The notes beneath the pieces were generated by a model, which had not been told where the DNA came from, did no database searches, and worked only from the letters and a program-made list of their open reading frames with translations. A stretch of 62,957 nucleotides of DNA, the filler included, from Octopus bimaculoides (taxonomy: Eukaryota): NCBI RefSeq assembly GCF_001194135.2. It is 8 parts of 8 records of this genome, joined end to end, with 100 filler letters (N's around TTAATTAATTAA, not from the genome) between each part and the next. Parts side by side here need not be neighbours in the genome. Positions count along the whole stretch, not along the records: positions 7,979 to 32,250 come from NC_069007.1; 7 more parts are not named here. One strand, 5' to 3'. Of the stretch, positions 12,131 through 24,925 are shown one piece after another. Both the position numbers and the translations under genes were made by a program. The first letter of the stretch is position 1. Each line of letters begins with the position of its first letter.

Positions 12131-12297
12131 ATTTTAACAGATCCTCCTCTCATCTTTCTCGACGAACCCACTTCCGGTCTGGATTCTTACTTAGCTAAAA
12201 ATCTTATTCAAGTCTTGAAAAACATGGCGTCTCGCGGCCGTACCATCATAACAACGATCCATCAACCATCGTCAGAAATATTTACTATGTTTGACGA
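12131..12297 (+). CDS. ABCG (white/scarlet-like) exon with Walker B, D-loop and H-switch: [20 protein letters not shown]...[15 protein letters not shown]
   Basis: ctattcaag| ... GA|gtaagt, phase 0/2. [10 protein letters not shown] and IHQP motifs are characteristic of ABCG half transporters. Confidence 0.93.
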
Positions 12298-12595
12298 GTA
12301 AGTACAACATCTGCTACTTAAATCTTTAGCCACGTCACACATTTTCATTTACTGCTTGGTCGACGAAGTGGGAGGAACACTCACAACTTGTTTTCCAGTA
12401 CCTCTGAAATTGATGAGCAGAAAGGGAGACAGATCGAAGACTAATACAAGCATACGCATATGTGTATTTAAACGAAATTGTAGAAACTGGCTGGTGGAAG
12501 AAATTACGAATGAAAAAAAACCCAACAAAAACAAACAAAAAAAAACAGACGTAGAAATCGAAACATGGTGTCTTAATTGCAGCTATTGCTATTGC

Positions 12596-12663
<68 letters not shown>

Positions 12664-12664
<1 letters not shown>

Positions 12665-13135
12665 GGCAGCGAGCTGGCAGAATCGTTAGCACGCCCCAAA
12701 AAATGTTGAGCGACATTTCGTCCGTCTTTACGTTCTGGGATCAAATTCCATCGAGGTCGACCTTGCCTTTCATCCTTCCGCAGTCAATGAAATAAGTATC
12801 AACTGAGCACTGGGGTCAATATAGTCAACTTAACCCCTTCACCAAACCTGCTGCTGGCCTTGTGCCAAAATTTGAAACCATTATTCATCGACTAACCCTT
12901 CCCCATAAAATTTCAGGCCTTGTGCCTATAGTAGAATGGCTTATTACTGAAATGGTAAACTAGCAGAATCGTTAACACCCTGGATAAATGCTTTGTGTCA
13001 TTCCTTCCGGCTCCTTACATTCTGATTTCATATTCCACGGAGGCCAAAATTGCCTTTCATCCTTGCTGGATATATAAAAATTGTACCAGTTGAGTACAGG
13101 GGTCGATGTTATCGACCAGCCCTACACTAAGATCT
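12664..13135 (+). mobile_element. Two adjacent SINE family C copies
   Basis: Heads at about 12664 (GGCAGCGAGCTGGCAGAATCG) and about 12955. Confidence 0.7.
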
Positions 13136-13857
13136 CTTGTGGCTATAGTGGAAAGGATTATTCTATTTTTTGGTCGTGTTCCATGTTTATTATTTTTATT
13201 GTTGTTTTTCTTTCGAAAAATATCTGCCCGAACAAATAACCTCGTTATAAAAGTTTGATAGCTAAATTCGTAAAACTCACAAAATGATAAACTATTGCAT
13301 GGATCTAAGTATCTAAGGAGGGGAACGTGCAATTACCTGTAAGTCAGATTGCCTCATGGCCCCAACAGGTAAAATTGACAAAGCGTTACCCTGAAGATGG
13401 CGAAGGAAATGTGCTGGAATAGCAACTCTGACTGATGGAGCTCGCTCTCACCGNNNNNNNNNNNNNNNNNNNNNNNNNNNNNNNNNNNNNNNNNNNNNNN
13501 NNNNNNNNNNNNNNNNNNNNNNNNNNNNNNNNNNNNNNNNNNNNNNNNNNNNNTATATATATGTATATATATATATAAATAAACATATTTATATACATAT
13601 ATATACATATATAAACATGCATACACATGCATGCTCACACATACAAACATACATAAACACACACACATATATATATGCATATCATAGTATCACAGTATTG
13701 ACCCTATCATCAGATTGTGTTATACACCGCTTGTAACAATGTGCTACCAAATCTGTCCTGATAACGCCATTCTTTTCCATCTTGACTTAAATTGCTCACC
13801 TAAATCGTCTTCACTTCATTGTGGAGGACTTCTAAGTGGCTCTTTCCGACCTCATGT

Positions 13858-13932
<75 letters not shown>

Positions 13933-13933
13933 C

Positions 13934-14152
13934 ATACTCTTTTACTCTTTTACTTGTTTCAGTCACTTGAGTGTCGCCATGCTGGAGCACCGCCTTTTTA
14001 GTCAAGCAAATCTACTCCAGGACTTATTCTTTGTAAGCCTAGTTCTTATTCGATCGGTGTCTTTTGCCGAACCACTAAGTTACGGGTACGTAAACACAGT
14101 ACCATCGATTGTGAAGCGATGTTGGGGGAGACAAACATAGACACAAACATAT

Positions 14153-14183
<31 letters not shown>

Positions 14184-14331
14184 CATATATACGACGGGCT
14201 TCTTTCCGTTTCCGTCTACTATAGCCCGAGGCTATAGTAGAAGATACTTGCCCAAGGTGTTACGCGGTGGGACTGAACCCGGAACCATGTGGTTGGTAAG
14301 CAAGCTACTTACCTTATAGCTACTCCTGCGC
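13934..14331 (-). mobile_element. SINE family A, full length
   Basis: Reverse complement of 1017-1421. Confidence 0.85.
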
Positions 14332-14431
<100 letters not shown>

Positions 14432-14879
14432 ATATATATTTACATATGCATATACATATGTACGTAAATCAGTGAGAAATTCCGGCTTTGGGTGATTTGT
14501 CTGAAGTATGGAATTACATGCTGTTGAATTTACGTTTAAATGGCTGAGTACTCCATAGACATATGTTTGTGGGAAAAAGCTGTATCATTTTGAATTACGA
14601 GTACGATCTATTCGACGGCCTATACAGGTTCCTGGCACACGGTTTCACTAACAAAGTATGGATCCACTGGATGCTTCAGAAAATGACATCTTCCCGAGTT
14701 ACGAAGCAGCGAAATTGAACCGGGACCTAACCCTTGCGAAAAAGCCTTCTTAACCATAGGGGTCACCCTGCACTTACGCGCACGCACATAGACATATATA
14801 TGTGTACATGTGTATATATTTATTCGCACACATGTATGCATATATATATATATTCATATATATGTATGTNNNNNNNNNN

Positions 14880-14927
<48 letters not shown>

Positions 14928-15554
14928 AATATACGTATATATAATATATGCAAACAAATATACGTGCATAAATGCATACACACACACGTGCATGCGCACA
15001 CACGCTCACATGTTATTCCCCCGTAATGCTGCTTCTGTCATTAATATATATATATATGTATGTGTGTATGTATGTATGTATGTATTGATCATATGGTGCT
15101 AGATGAAGGCTGACCTGGAGCTAACCAGCAACAGCAACAACAACAACAACATCAATGTAAAAGATGCGTAATATAATAACATAAGAGTAATCAATAAAGA
15201 TCAAAGAAAGAAAGATTCTCAATTGGTTTTGGGGCAAAGAATTTTCTAGTTTCTGGTTGTTTTCAATTTTGTGGAAGGCAGGGCTTTGTCCATGATCGTC
15301 AAATGTTCTTTAACGCAGCCCATATTGGTGAGGAGGATATCTGAATTAGGCAGTACAGGCATAGATGAGTGGTTAATGACTAAGAAAAGCTCAGTTCCAA
15401 ACCACGTAGCTCAGTTATGCGGTTTAAAAATAAAAAAAATAAAAAAATAAAATGGAGTTGGGAAACAAGTCCCTTTGGGGTGTAAGTTGTGAGAAGGAAG
15501 AAGCACTGGTTCATATCTAACTTGCGAAGTCATACTTGTTTATGTGAAGCAAGA

Positions 15555-15657
15555 GGCATAGCTGTGTGGTCATGCCCAACTTCCACCTCCTGCTTCTCCT
15601 CCTGCTTCTCCTTCTGCTTCTCCTTCTCCCCTTCCTCCCTCATCCTCCTCTCCGCCG

Positions 15658-15697
<40 letters not shown>

Positions 15698-15930
15698 GTG
15701 TGTGTGTGTGTATGTGTATGTTTGTGCGTGTATATGTTTGTGTGTCTGTGTTTGTCCCCACCCCCAACATCTCTTGACAACAGATGCTGGTGTAACTTAG
15801 CGGTTCGGCAAAATAGACCGATAGAATTAGTACCAGGCTTACAAAGAATAAGTCCTGGGTCGATTCTGCTCGACTAAAGGCGGTGCTCCAGCATGGCCAC
15901 AGTCACACGACTGAAACAAGTAAAAGAGTA
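15555..15930 (+). mobile_element. SINE family A, rearranged (head stub, (CTTCTC)n and (CA)n, then 3' half)
   Basis: 15745-15930 matches the family 3' half. Confidence 0.75.
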
Positions 15931-16224
15931 AGCTTCGAAGAATAAACTTTTGTGGATTTAGTCGTATTTAATTTGATAGTGACCTCCACAGTTATAAAGA
16001 TCACGAAGTATACATAAAAAGATTTTTTTAAATCAAGACTGGACAGTGTCCTCTAAATTTATTTACAACCAGCATCCTCACACGTGTTTCAGTGAATTCT
16101 CTTGTCGGTTTCAATGTATGAAAGCCTATTAGCCAATATCGTACCTATTAGACTACGCACACAAGTGATCTGTTAAGGCTTGTGTAAGACCAACCACACT
16201 TTTGGGGACGCAATTCTGGTCTAA

Positions 16225-16629
16225 GCACCCCTTATAAACCCCAATAACTTTTTTTCTTACTTTTTGGAATTTTCAGAAAATTCTTGCGAATTTTTGTTAT
16301 ACACACGGGAATTCATATGATTATGTAAAATGAAAAGGAAATATTGTTTGTGTGATTTAGCTGGTGTTTTTAGCACATCCCACGATCACCTAATACCTTC
16401 TTCGTTTCTTTGTTACTGACATGTATTGATGTTTTCCGATATTTTTCTCTCCATAAACACATTTAATGGAATGATGATGCACCCAAATGTGGTCCATTGC
16501 TGGGATTTAAGCAAAAATTTCAGACTATCCGTATTTTAAACTCCGATAAAAAAAAAATTGAAAAAGAGTGAAACTTTTAAGATTTATGGGGCGGAGAGTG
16601 GGGTTTAAAAATTAGGCTGTATGGGGTAC
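16225..16629. mobile_element. Putative MITE with imperfect TIRs
   Basis: Left ctaa|GCACCCC..TAAACCCCA; right end reverse complement ttaa|GTACCCC..TAAACCCCA. Possible TTAA-type target duplication with one mismatch. Confidence 0.35.
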
Positions 16630-16739
16630 TTAAACCAGGACTCCTTCCTTTTGGGAAGTGTTGATCATAGAAATTGTATGCTGTGTTTGCTAGAAGCGTG
16701 ATGAACAATATACTTCAAGAATATCTTATTTCTTTATTG

Positions 16740-16958
16740 CACACAATGGGCTAAACTTAGAGGGGACAAACAAGGACAGACAAACGGATTAAGCCGATTA
16801 CATCGACCCCAGTGCATAACTGGTACTTAAGTTATCAACCCCGAAAGGATGAAAGGCAAAGTCAACCTCGGCGGAATTTGAACTCAGAACGTAACAGCAG
16901 ACGAAATACCGCTAAGCATTTCGCCCGGCGCGCTAACGATTCTGCCAGCTCGCCGCCT
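16740..16958 (-). mobile_element. SINE family C, near full length
   Basis: Head at 16958 on the minus strand with A/B-box-like motifs. Confidence 0.8.
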
Positions 16959-17257
16959 TTTCAAGGATATGCTTCAAGGATATCTATTAGAGTTCACCAT
17001 CTGGATTAGGGTCCAGCTTATTCCGGGAATCTAAATGCTTTTGATCTTTGGGCCAACTGTGGGCATACATTCAAGAGTGAGGATTACGTAGGCTATCGTA
17101 TTGTATCTGTTGCGATCTGATGTTAATAAAGAACGGAACAAAATAAAACGAGATTCTACAAAATTTTTTTTTTCGTACGATGAAAAAGCTGGCAGAAACG
17201 TTAGCACGTCGGGCGAAATGCTTAGCGGCATTTTGTCCATCTTAACGCTCTGGGTAG

Positions 17258-17647
17258 TGGAGGCGCAATGGCTCAGTGGTTAGGGCAGCGGACTCACGGT
17301 CATAGGATCGCGGTTTCGATTCCCAGACCGGGCGTTGTGAGTGTTTATTGAACGAAAACACCTAAAGCTCCACGAGGCTCCGGCAGGGGATGGTGGCGAA
17401 CCCTGCTGTACTCTTCCACCACAACTTTCTCTCACTCTTACTTCCTGTTTCTGTTGTGCCTGTAATTCAAAGGGTCAGCTTGGTCACACTGTGTCACGCT
17501 GAATACCCCCGAGAACTACGTTAAGGGTACACGTGTCTGTGGAGTGCTCAGCCACTTGCACGTTAATTTCACGAGCAGGCTGTTCCGTTGATCGGATCAA
17601 CTGGAACTATCGTCGTCGTAAGCGACAGAGTGCCAACAGCAACAACA
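17258..17647 (+). mobile_element. SINE family B nested in a family C copy, 8-bp TSD CTCTGGGT
   Basis: CTCTGGGT at 17248-17255 and 17648-17655. The host SINE runs 17188-17255 and resumes at 17656. Confidence 0.88.
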
Positions 17648-17739
17648 CTCTGGGTGCAAATTCCACCAAGATCGAATTTACCTTTCGCCGTTTCGGGATC
17701 GATAAAATGAGAACTCATACTATAAATTTCTGTGTGTAT

Positions 17740-18245
17740 ATCTTTTACCTGTTTCAACCAATGGGATACGTGGCCATGCTGGAGCACCACTAAGAAGGGC
17801 TTAGTCAAATCGATGCTTGGCTGGTACTTATTCTATCACGATCGCTAATTTACGGGGTCGCAAGTAAAGCGACACCTGTTAAGCTGTGATGGGGGAACAG
17901 ACACACACGCACACACAGACACACAGCCACACAAACACACATGTATGCTTACATACACACACACACACATATATGCACACACGCAAACACACACACTCAC
18001 ACACAGACAAACACACAAGCAGACACACATAGATAAGCACACGTGCACATACACATACGTATACACACACACGTACACACACAAACGGACACACGCACAG
18101 AACGGATATCCACGCAGTTTCCGACTACTCGCAAGACTTTGGTCAGCCCAGGGTTATAGTGGAAGACACTTGCCCTAGGTGTCACGCACTCTGGATTGAA
18201 CTCGAAACCACATGGTTACAAAGCGAACTTCATACACAGCCATGC
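17740..18245 (-). mobile_element. Diverged SINE family A
   Basis: Head at about 18245 on the minus strand, tail at about 17745, long (CA)n centre. Confidence 0.7.
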
Positions 18246-18440
18246 CTAACCGATATATATGTATATATATATATATGTATATATATATACATATGTATGT
18301 ATATATATGTGTGTATATATATATATATACATATATATACACACACACACACATATATATATAATATATATACACACACGCATATATATATATATACATA
18401 TATATATATACATATATATATACATATATTTTCATACATG

Positions 18441-18471
<31 letters not shown>

Positions 18472-18552
18472 ACACACGCACATACATATATATACGCCGC
18501 TCCCTTTTGTTAATAAATTTTAAATCCATGTGACGTAATTTGCCACACCAAC

Positions 18553-18691
18553 CAGAAATCGATATATCGTATCGCTGGTTTGTTCTAAAGATTTTTTTCC
18601 AGAGAATACTAATGTTGGTTTGCAGAGATTCCTCACAATGGAATTTATCTTTAAGTCAGCCGACTTCTTGTCTCCAGACAACAGTCGAATC
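18553..18691 (-). CDS. Candidate exon of an unidentified minus-strand gene ([46 protein letters not shown])
   Basis: Strong acceptor ttttttttccatgttccag|, only one frame open, possible donor CTG|gttggt. No family recognised. Confidence 0.3.
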
Positions 18692-18889
18692 CTGGAACAT
18701 GGAAAAAAAACCGAAGAAAATAATAATAATAATAATAATAATAAAATGATTAAAAATAAAACGAGAAAAGGAAATGCAAACTCACAAATGTACATGCCAA
18801 CACGTATACATATGTCCACCCGCATATACATGCCTACATGCATACACTCATTTATATGCGTGAGTGTAGGAGTTATACAAAAGGAAGAT

Positions 18890-18944
<55 letters not shown>

Positions 18945-19165
18945 NNNNNNNNNNNNNNNNNNNNNNNNNNNNNNNNNNNNNNNNNNNNNNNNNNNNNNNN
19001 NNNNNNNNNNNNNNNNNNNNNNNNNNNNNNNNNNNNNNNNNNNNNNNNNNNNNNNNNNNNNNNNNNNNNNNNNNNNNNNNNNNNNNNNNNNNNNNNNNNN
19101 NNNNNNNNNNNNNNNNNNNNNNNNNNNNNNNNNNNNNNNNNNNNNNNNNNNNNNNNNNNNNNNNN

Positions 19166-19213
<48 letters not shown>

Positions 19214-19645
19214 GCATATACATGTATGCGTAATACTAGCTAGATTACAAACGTTCTATGACTAAGTTTCATGTTAAATAGACCGTTCTTCAGATGAATG
19301 TGGTTACTGGAATCATATCCATTAGAAAAATGTTTTATTTAGCATGAAATTGCGTTCAACAGGGCACCCCACAGATAGGATTACGTATCGGTTGGACACC
19401 ATCTCTCACTTCTTTCCTGTTATTCGTCAAGGCTGGTGAATCTAGAGGACGAGTTCAATGGTAAGAGCACGTTACAAGGGGGCCACGTTTTGCAGTTGTT
19501 TGGACTTCGTTTGTATTTTGGTTTCGGTTGCTGAATAGGACTGAGGGGCAGAACTCTTGGCACTTGTGACGAGATTGTTGCAATTGATAGTGTAAAATGT
19601 TCGGTTGAAAGTGTTGTAGGTTAAAATCGGCATTGAAAACACGTA

Positions 19646-20220
19646 CAGGGGATGGTGGCGAACCCTGCTGTACTCTTCCACCACAACTTTCTCTCACTCT
19701 TACTTCCTGTTTCTGTTGTGCCTGTAATTCAAAGGGTCAGCCTTGTCACACTGTGCCACGCTGAATATCCCCGAGAACTACGTTAAGGGTACACATGTCT
19801 GTGGAGTGCTCAGCCACTTGCACGTTAATTTCACAAGCAGGCTGTTCTGCTGATCGGATCAACTGGAACCCTCGACGTCGGAGGCGACGGAGTGCCAACA
19901 CACAATTTATGAATGTAGTGAATGCGCGTGGCTCAGTGGTTAGGTCATTCGTCTCACGATCGTAAGGTCGTGAGTTCAATTCCCGGCGACGCATTGTGTC
20001 CTTGAGCAAGACACTTTATTTCCCGTTGCTCCACTTCACTCAGCTGGCAAAAATGAGTAGTACCTGTATTTCAAAGGGCCGGCCTTGTCACGCTCTGTGT
20101 CACGCTGAATCCCTCTGAGAACTACGTTAGGGGTACACGTGTCTGTGGAGTGCTCAGCCACTTGCACGTTAATTTCCCGAGCAGGCTGTTCCGTTGATCG
20201 GATCAGCTGGGACCCTCGTC
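19646..20220 (+). mobile_element. 5'-truncated SINE family B (19646-19899) followed by a related SINE with a different tRNA head but shared 3' body (19923-20220)
   Basis: Both contain GTCACGCTGAAT...GAGAACTACGTT...CACTTGCACGTTAATTTC. Confidence 0.8.
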
Positions 20221-20266
20221 CTATGTATGCTGGTATGTATATCTTTCCCACTCTCGCACATACAAA

Positions 20267-20359
20267 TGAGTGTATGCATACGTGAGTGTATGCATACGTG
20301 AGTGTATGCATACGTGAGTGTATGCATATGTGAGTGTATGCATACGTGAGTGTATGCAT
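20267..20359. repeat. 16-bp minisatellite (GTGAGTGTATGCATAC)n
   Basis: About 5.5 copies; each unit contains the palindrome GTATGCATAC. Confidence 0.9.
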
Positions 20360-20751
20360 CTGTTCCTGGGTTTTGAGCATGATTGTTTCCAGGCCTACTC
20401 TAATATAGAGCAGTGGCATTCATCTGGGTCCCAGCTATGGGTTAAGTGGCATGTCAAAGAACAACTTCCAGAAGAATGCCGCTTATAGACACTTCAACGG
20501 GCCCAGGACAAATGAGGCCCTTCAGTTTTTTGGCTGCCTATCGAAGGTAATATCATACAGAACCTAATTCTTGATATCTACTGGGTTTGTGGCAGTTATT
20601 GCATCAGACCAATACGTATTCGGAAGACAAGAGAGTGGTGTTCGCTTTGCACAAACCATGCTCATTATAATTATAAACCCAAACTGCTTTGTAAGGTAAT
20701 TTATTGAACCTTTAAATGAAGTTAATGTTTGTGTATATGTTTGTGTGTTTG

Positions 20752-20931
20752 TGTTTATCCCCCCAATATCGCTTGACAACCGATGCTGGTGTGTTCACGT
20801 CCCCGTAAGTTAGCGGTTCGGCAAAAGAGACCGATAGAATAAGTACTAGGCTTACAAAGAATAAGTCCTGGGGTCGATTTGCTCGACTAAAGGCGGCTCC
20901 AGCATGGCCACAGTCAAATGACGGAAACAAG
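20752..20931 (+). mobile_element. SINE family A, 3' half
   Basis: Matches about 1210-1390. Confidence 0.85.
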
Positions 20932-22791
20932 TATACATAAAATTGCATTATGTTATGTTGTGTCTGGAGAGAGTCATTTTCTTATTGTGCCTTAACACAC
21001 GAAATCACATAAAAAAATCTTGCAAACCAAATCCAAAAACGAAATACATTGTTATTTACGCTCCAATTTTTTGATTTCACAATTATTATACACCCTCAAG
21101 GTTCTGCGTTCAAACCAGCCTGAGATCAGCTTTGGCCTAACATCGTTTCAGAATCGATAAAATAACGCACCAATTCGGCATTTGGGTGGAGGCACACGTG
21201 GCCTAGTGACAAGGGTATTGCACTCACGATCGCAAGGTCATGGTTTCGATCCCGGAACAGAGTGGTGCATTGTGTTCTTGAGAAATACACTTCGTTTCAC
21301 GATGTTCCACTCAGCTTTAAATGTCGGAGGGCTCAGGGCAGTAATGTCAATACGGATCAGACATAATGATCTTGGATTGAGTGAGGAAGCTTCTGTGTAC
21401 ACTGCGGGAACGATCTGCTGCTCAGTTTTAAAGATTAGTGAAAAAGAAGCTATCTATGCCGAACTAAAGAAGAATGTGTAGTTATACCACCTGCTCTATG
21501 GCTTGAGTTTTATACCTGTAATTAATGTGGGTACTTGGAGATATGGTTAACACCCTCATTACAAGTCTTGAGCCGAGATTCACAAAACCAGAACGAAAAC
21601 TGTTTTTCTGGGAATTTCATCAACACAGTCGTTAATGTGAAAATTGCTGAACTTTCCGGAAGTTTAGCTTGTAATAAGTGTATGAATGTGTATATATGTG
21701 TGTGTGTGTGCGTGTGTATATATATATATATNNNNNNNNNNNNNNNNNNNNNNNNNNNNNNNNNNNNNNNNNNNNNNNNNNNNNNNNNNNNNNNNNNNNN
21801 NNNNNNNNNNNNNNNNNNNNNNNNNNNNNNNNNNNNNNNNNNNNNNNNNNNNNNNNNNNNNNNNNNNNNNNNNNNNNNNNNNNNNNNNNNNNNNNNNNNN
21901 NNNNNNNNNNNNNNNNNNNNNNNNNNNNNNNNNNNNNNNNNNNNNNNNNNNNNNNNNNNNNNNNNNNNNNNNNNNNNNNNNNNNNNNNNNNNNNNNNNNN
22001 NNNNNNNNNNNNNNNNNNNNNNNNNNNNNNNNNNNNNNNNNNNNNNNNNNNNNNNNNNNNNNNNNNNNNNNNNNNNNNNNNNNNNNNNNNNNNNNNNNNN
22101 NNNNNNNNNNNNNNNNNNNNNNNNNNNNNNNNNNNNNNNNNNNNNNNNNNNNNNNNNNNNNNNNNNNNNNNNNNNNNNNNNNNNNNNNNNNNNNNNNNNN
22201 NNNNNNNNNNNNNNNNNNNNNNNNNNNNNNNNNNNNNNNNNNNNNNNNNNNNNNNNNNNNNNNNNNNNNNNNNNNNNNNNNNNNNNNNNNNNNNNNNNNN
22301 NNNNNNNNNNNNNNNNNNNNNNNNNNNNNNNNNNNNNNNNNNNNNNNNNNNNNNNNNNNNNNNNNNNNNNNNNNNNNNNNNNNNNNNNNNNNNNNNNNNN
22401 NNNNNNNNNNNNNNNNNNNNNNNNNNNNNNNNNNNNNNNNNNNNNNNNNNNNNNNNNNNNNNNNNNNNNNNNNNNNNNNNNNNNNNNNNNNNNNNNNNNN
22501 NNNNNNNNNNNNNNNNNNNNNNNNNNNNNNNNNNNAGTCCGTTCTTCACTTTTTTCTTTAGGATTTGGGTTTGATTCATGTTTGTATTAAAATCTTTCTT
22601 TTTTTTTGTCTCACAAGAAATTGGCTGTTGTTGTTGTCGTTATTGTTGTTACTGCAGCTGCTGCTGCTGCGGATGCGGCTGTTGTTGTTGCTCCACCAGG
22701 TTTAAAATAATCAAGACACACCGTACGTCCTAATGGCGCCCGTGCGACGCCACCAGGAGTTAAGAGCCCCATGGTTTTGTAAGAGACAGAG

Positions 22792-22831
<40 letters not shown>

Positions 22832-23402
22832 CTAGAGAAATGGAGGAAGAGAGAAAAGGCAGAGAGAGGGAGAGAAAGATCTTATGGTTGAAATGGTAAA
22901 ATATTAGTTTTCTGATGAATAACAATGCACCGAATTAGCCCAAATTGCTCGGCGTTGCACTTGTTGTTGTTGTTGTTGTTGTTGTTGGTGTTGATGTGGT
23001 AATGGTAAAAGGGTCGGTGCTGTTGGTGCTGTTCTGACCGCTGTTACTGCTGCTGCTGCTTTTGTTGTTATTGTTGTTGTTTTTGCTGTTGGTATTGTTG
23101 ACGTTGATAGAGTTTTTTCGTTGCTGTTTTTATTCCTCGTCTTATTTATGTTGTTGGCGGAGACGGTGAAGCCCTCATCGTTGTTACTGATGTTGAAGCT
23201 GCTGTTGTTGTTGTTGTTGTTGTTGTTGGTGGTGGTGGTTTTTTGGTGATGGTGCAGGATTGCTGTTGCTGTTATTGTTATTATTATTATTGCTGCAATT
23301 ATTGTAGTGAGCTGGCAGAATCGTTAGCAGACCGTACAAAATGTTTTGTGGCATTTCGTCCGTCTTCACATTTTGAGTTCAAATTCTAGCGAGGTCACAT
23401 TC

Positions 23403-24780
23403 TAGCGGGTCATGTAGATCGTATCTAGATAGAGTTTTTTGTAGGCCAGCGGATAAGGAGAGCATAGGGTGTCCACAATTTCACATAGTGGGCTACACAG
23501 ATTTGTGTGCTCCGATAGGGTCTGGATGGAAGTTTTTCCTGGGAAAGTCTCGCACTTTAGTGCTAGTAGGGGATTGGAACGCTGTCTTAGACGAACGTTT
23601 CGATTTCGTGGGAGCGAGAGCATTTGTTAGGAGAGTGGGGTGCAAGAGCCCCACCAACTTGCTCAGACGCTTTCAACTGTCCGACAGATATCGACTAGAT
23701 AACCCGAATGTGCTAATGTGGACTTGGACAAATCACATCGGGTCATCTAGATTGTATCTAGATAGACTTTTTATAGGCCAGCGGATAAGGAAAGCATAGG
23801 GTGTCCACAATTTCACATAGTCGGCTACACAGACCACAAATTCATGATCTGTACGGTCGACTTAGGTAGGCTCTAAAGACAAGGTCCCGGTTACTGGAAG
23901 CTAAACGCATCGTTAGCGATGCAAAGAGACCGGATTAGCGAATTAGTTAGGCGGGCGTTGACAGAGGCAAACGTCAACAACAACTGGTGGTTTGCTCTTA
24001 AGAGGGCGTTTAGAGTCAATTAGGTTTAGTACGGCTTTAGCGGTAGAAAGAAATAAAATAGAGGGAAAGTTAGTTAGAAAGCTAGACGAGGTTCTTAGGA
24101 CAGGCATCGCGACCGACGTGCTGGCGGCGAGGTTGGCCCTTGACCAATACTTCCACGCCAAACACGAAGGCTGCGTTGTCAGAGCTAAGGCACGTTCAGT
24201 AAGCGGGGAGGGGACTAAAGCCGCTCGATGGGCCCGAGTAGCGCAAGCTAAACGTTGAAATAAAGCCAGCATTCGGTCTTTGGTGGACCAGAACGGGCAT
24301 GAGGTGTTCGAACCGAAGCAGATGTGGGCGGCCTTTCAGCAGCACTTTGCTCGACTGTTTGGGACGAGTGGTGGGACGGGTAACGGGGCAGACTTCGGTG
24401 TGTATNNNNNNNNNNNNNNNNNNNNNNNNNNNNNNNNNNNNNNNNNNNNNNNNNNNNNNNNNNNNNNNNNNNNNNNNNNNNNNNNNNNNNNNNNNNNNNN
24501 NNNNNNNNNNNNNNNNNNNNNNNNNNNNNNNNNNNNNNNNNNNNNNNNNNNNNNNNNNNNNNNNNNNNNNNNNNNNNNNNNNNNNNNNNNNNNNNNNNNN
24601 NNNNNNNNNNNNNNNNNNNNNNNNNNNNNNNNNNNNNNNNNNNNNNNNNNNNNNNNNNNNNNNNNNNNNNNNNNNNNNNNNNNNNNNNNNNGGGGACGTT
24701 ATAGGAAATTTCAGGCGCATCACTCTGATCAATGCAGAGTTGAAAATTTTGGCTAAGATGTTAGCCAAGAGGTTGGCCAC
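23403..24780 (+). mobile_element. Degenerate L1/Tx1-type LINE ORF2 fragment (APE endonuclease C-terminal half to start of RT)
   Basis: Motifs LVGDWNAVLD, D.YRL.NP...WTW, SRLYLDR, GPGYWKLNASL and NFRRITLINAELKILAKMLAKRL, with stops and a gap. Confidence 0.85.
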
Positions 24781-24925
24781 CACCACCACTTTGATAATAC
24801 CTGACCCTTAGATATCTTTAGCAAAGTTCAATACATCGCAAAGATCCAGGAGAACAAGGGTCACCAGCTTCTCTGACGACAATTCGATCCCTTGATGCTC
24901 CATTTTACATGTTTGTTACTTTTTT

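Noticed and set aside
17845-19243. Many ORFs rich in YI/HT/CV (also around 25300-26200, 57679-59479 and 62261-62828)
   Set aside because: Translations of (TA)n, (CA)n and (AAT)n microsatellites or N gaps.
20400-20700. Peptides GPRTNEALQFF and VRFAQTML faintly resembling later white exons
   Set aside because: Similarity is too weak, and the splice phase does not fit the phase-2 donor at 12297.
21182-21481. 99-aa ORF containing ALNVGGLR, like a LINE endonuclease start
   Set aside because: The first half is a SINE head and no further APE motifs follow.
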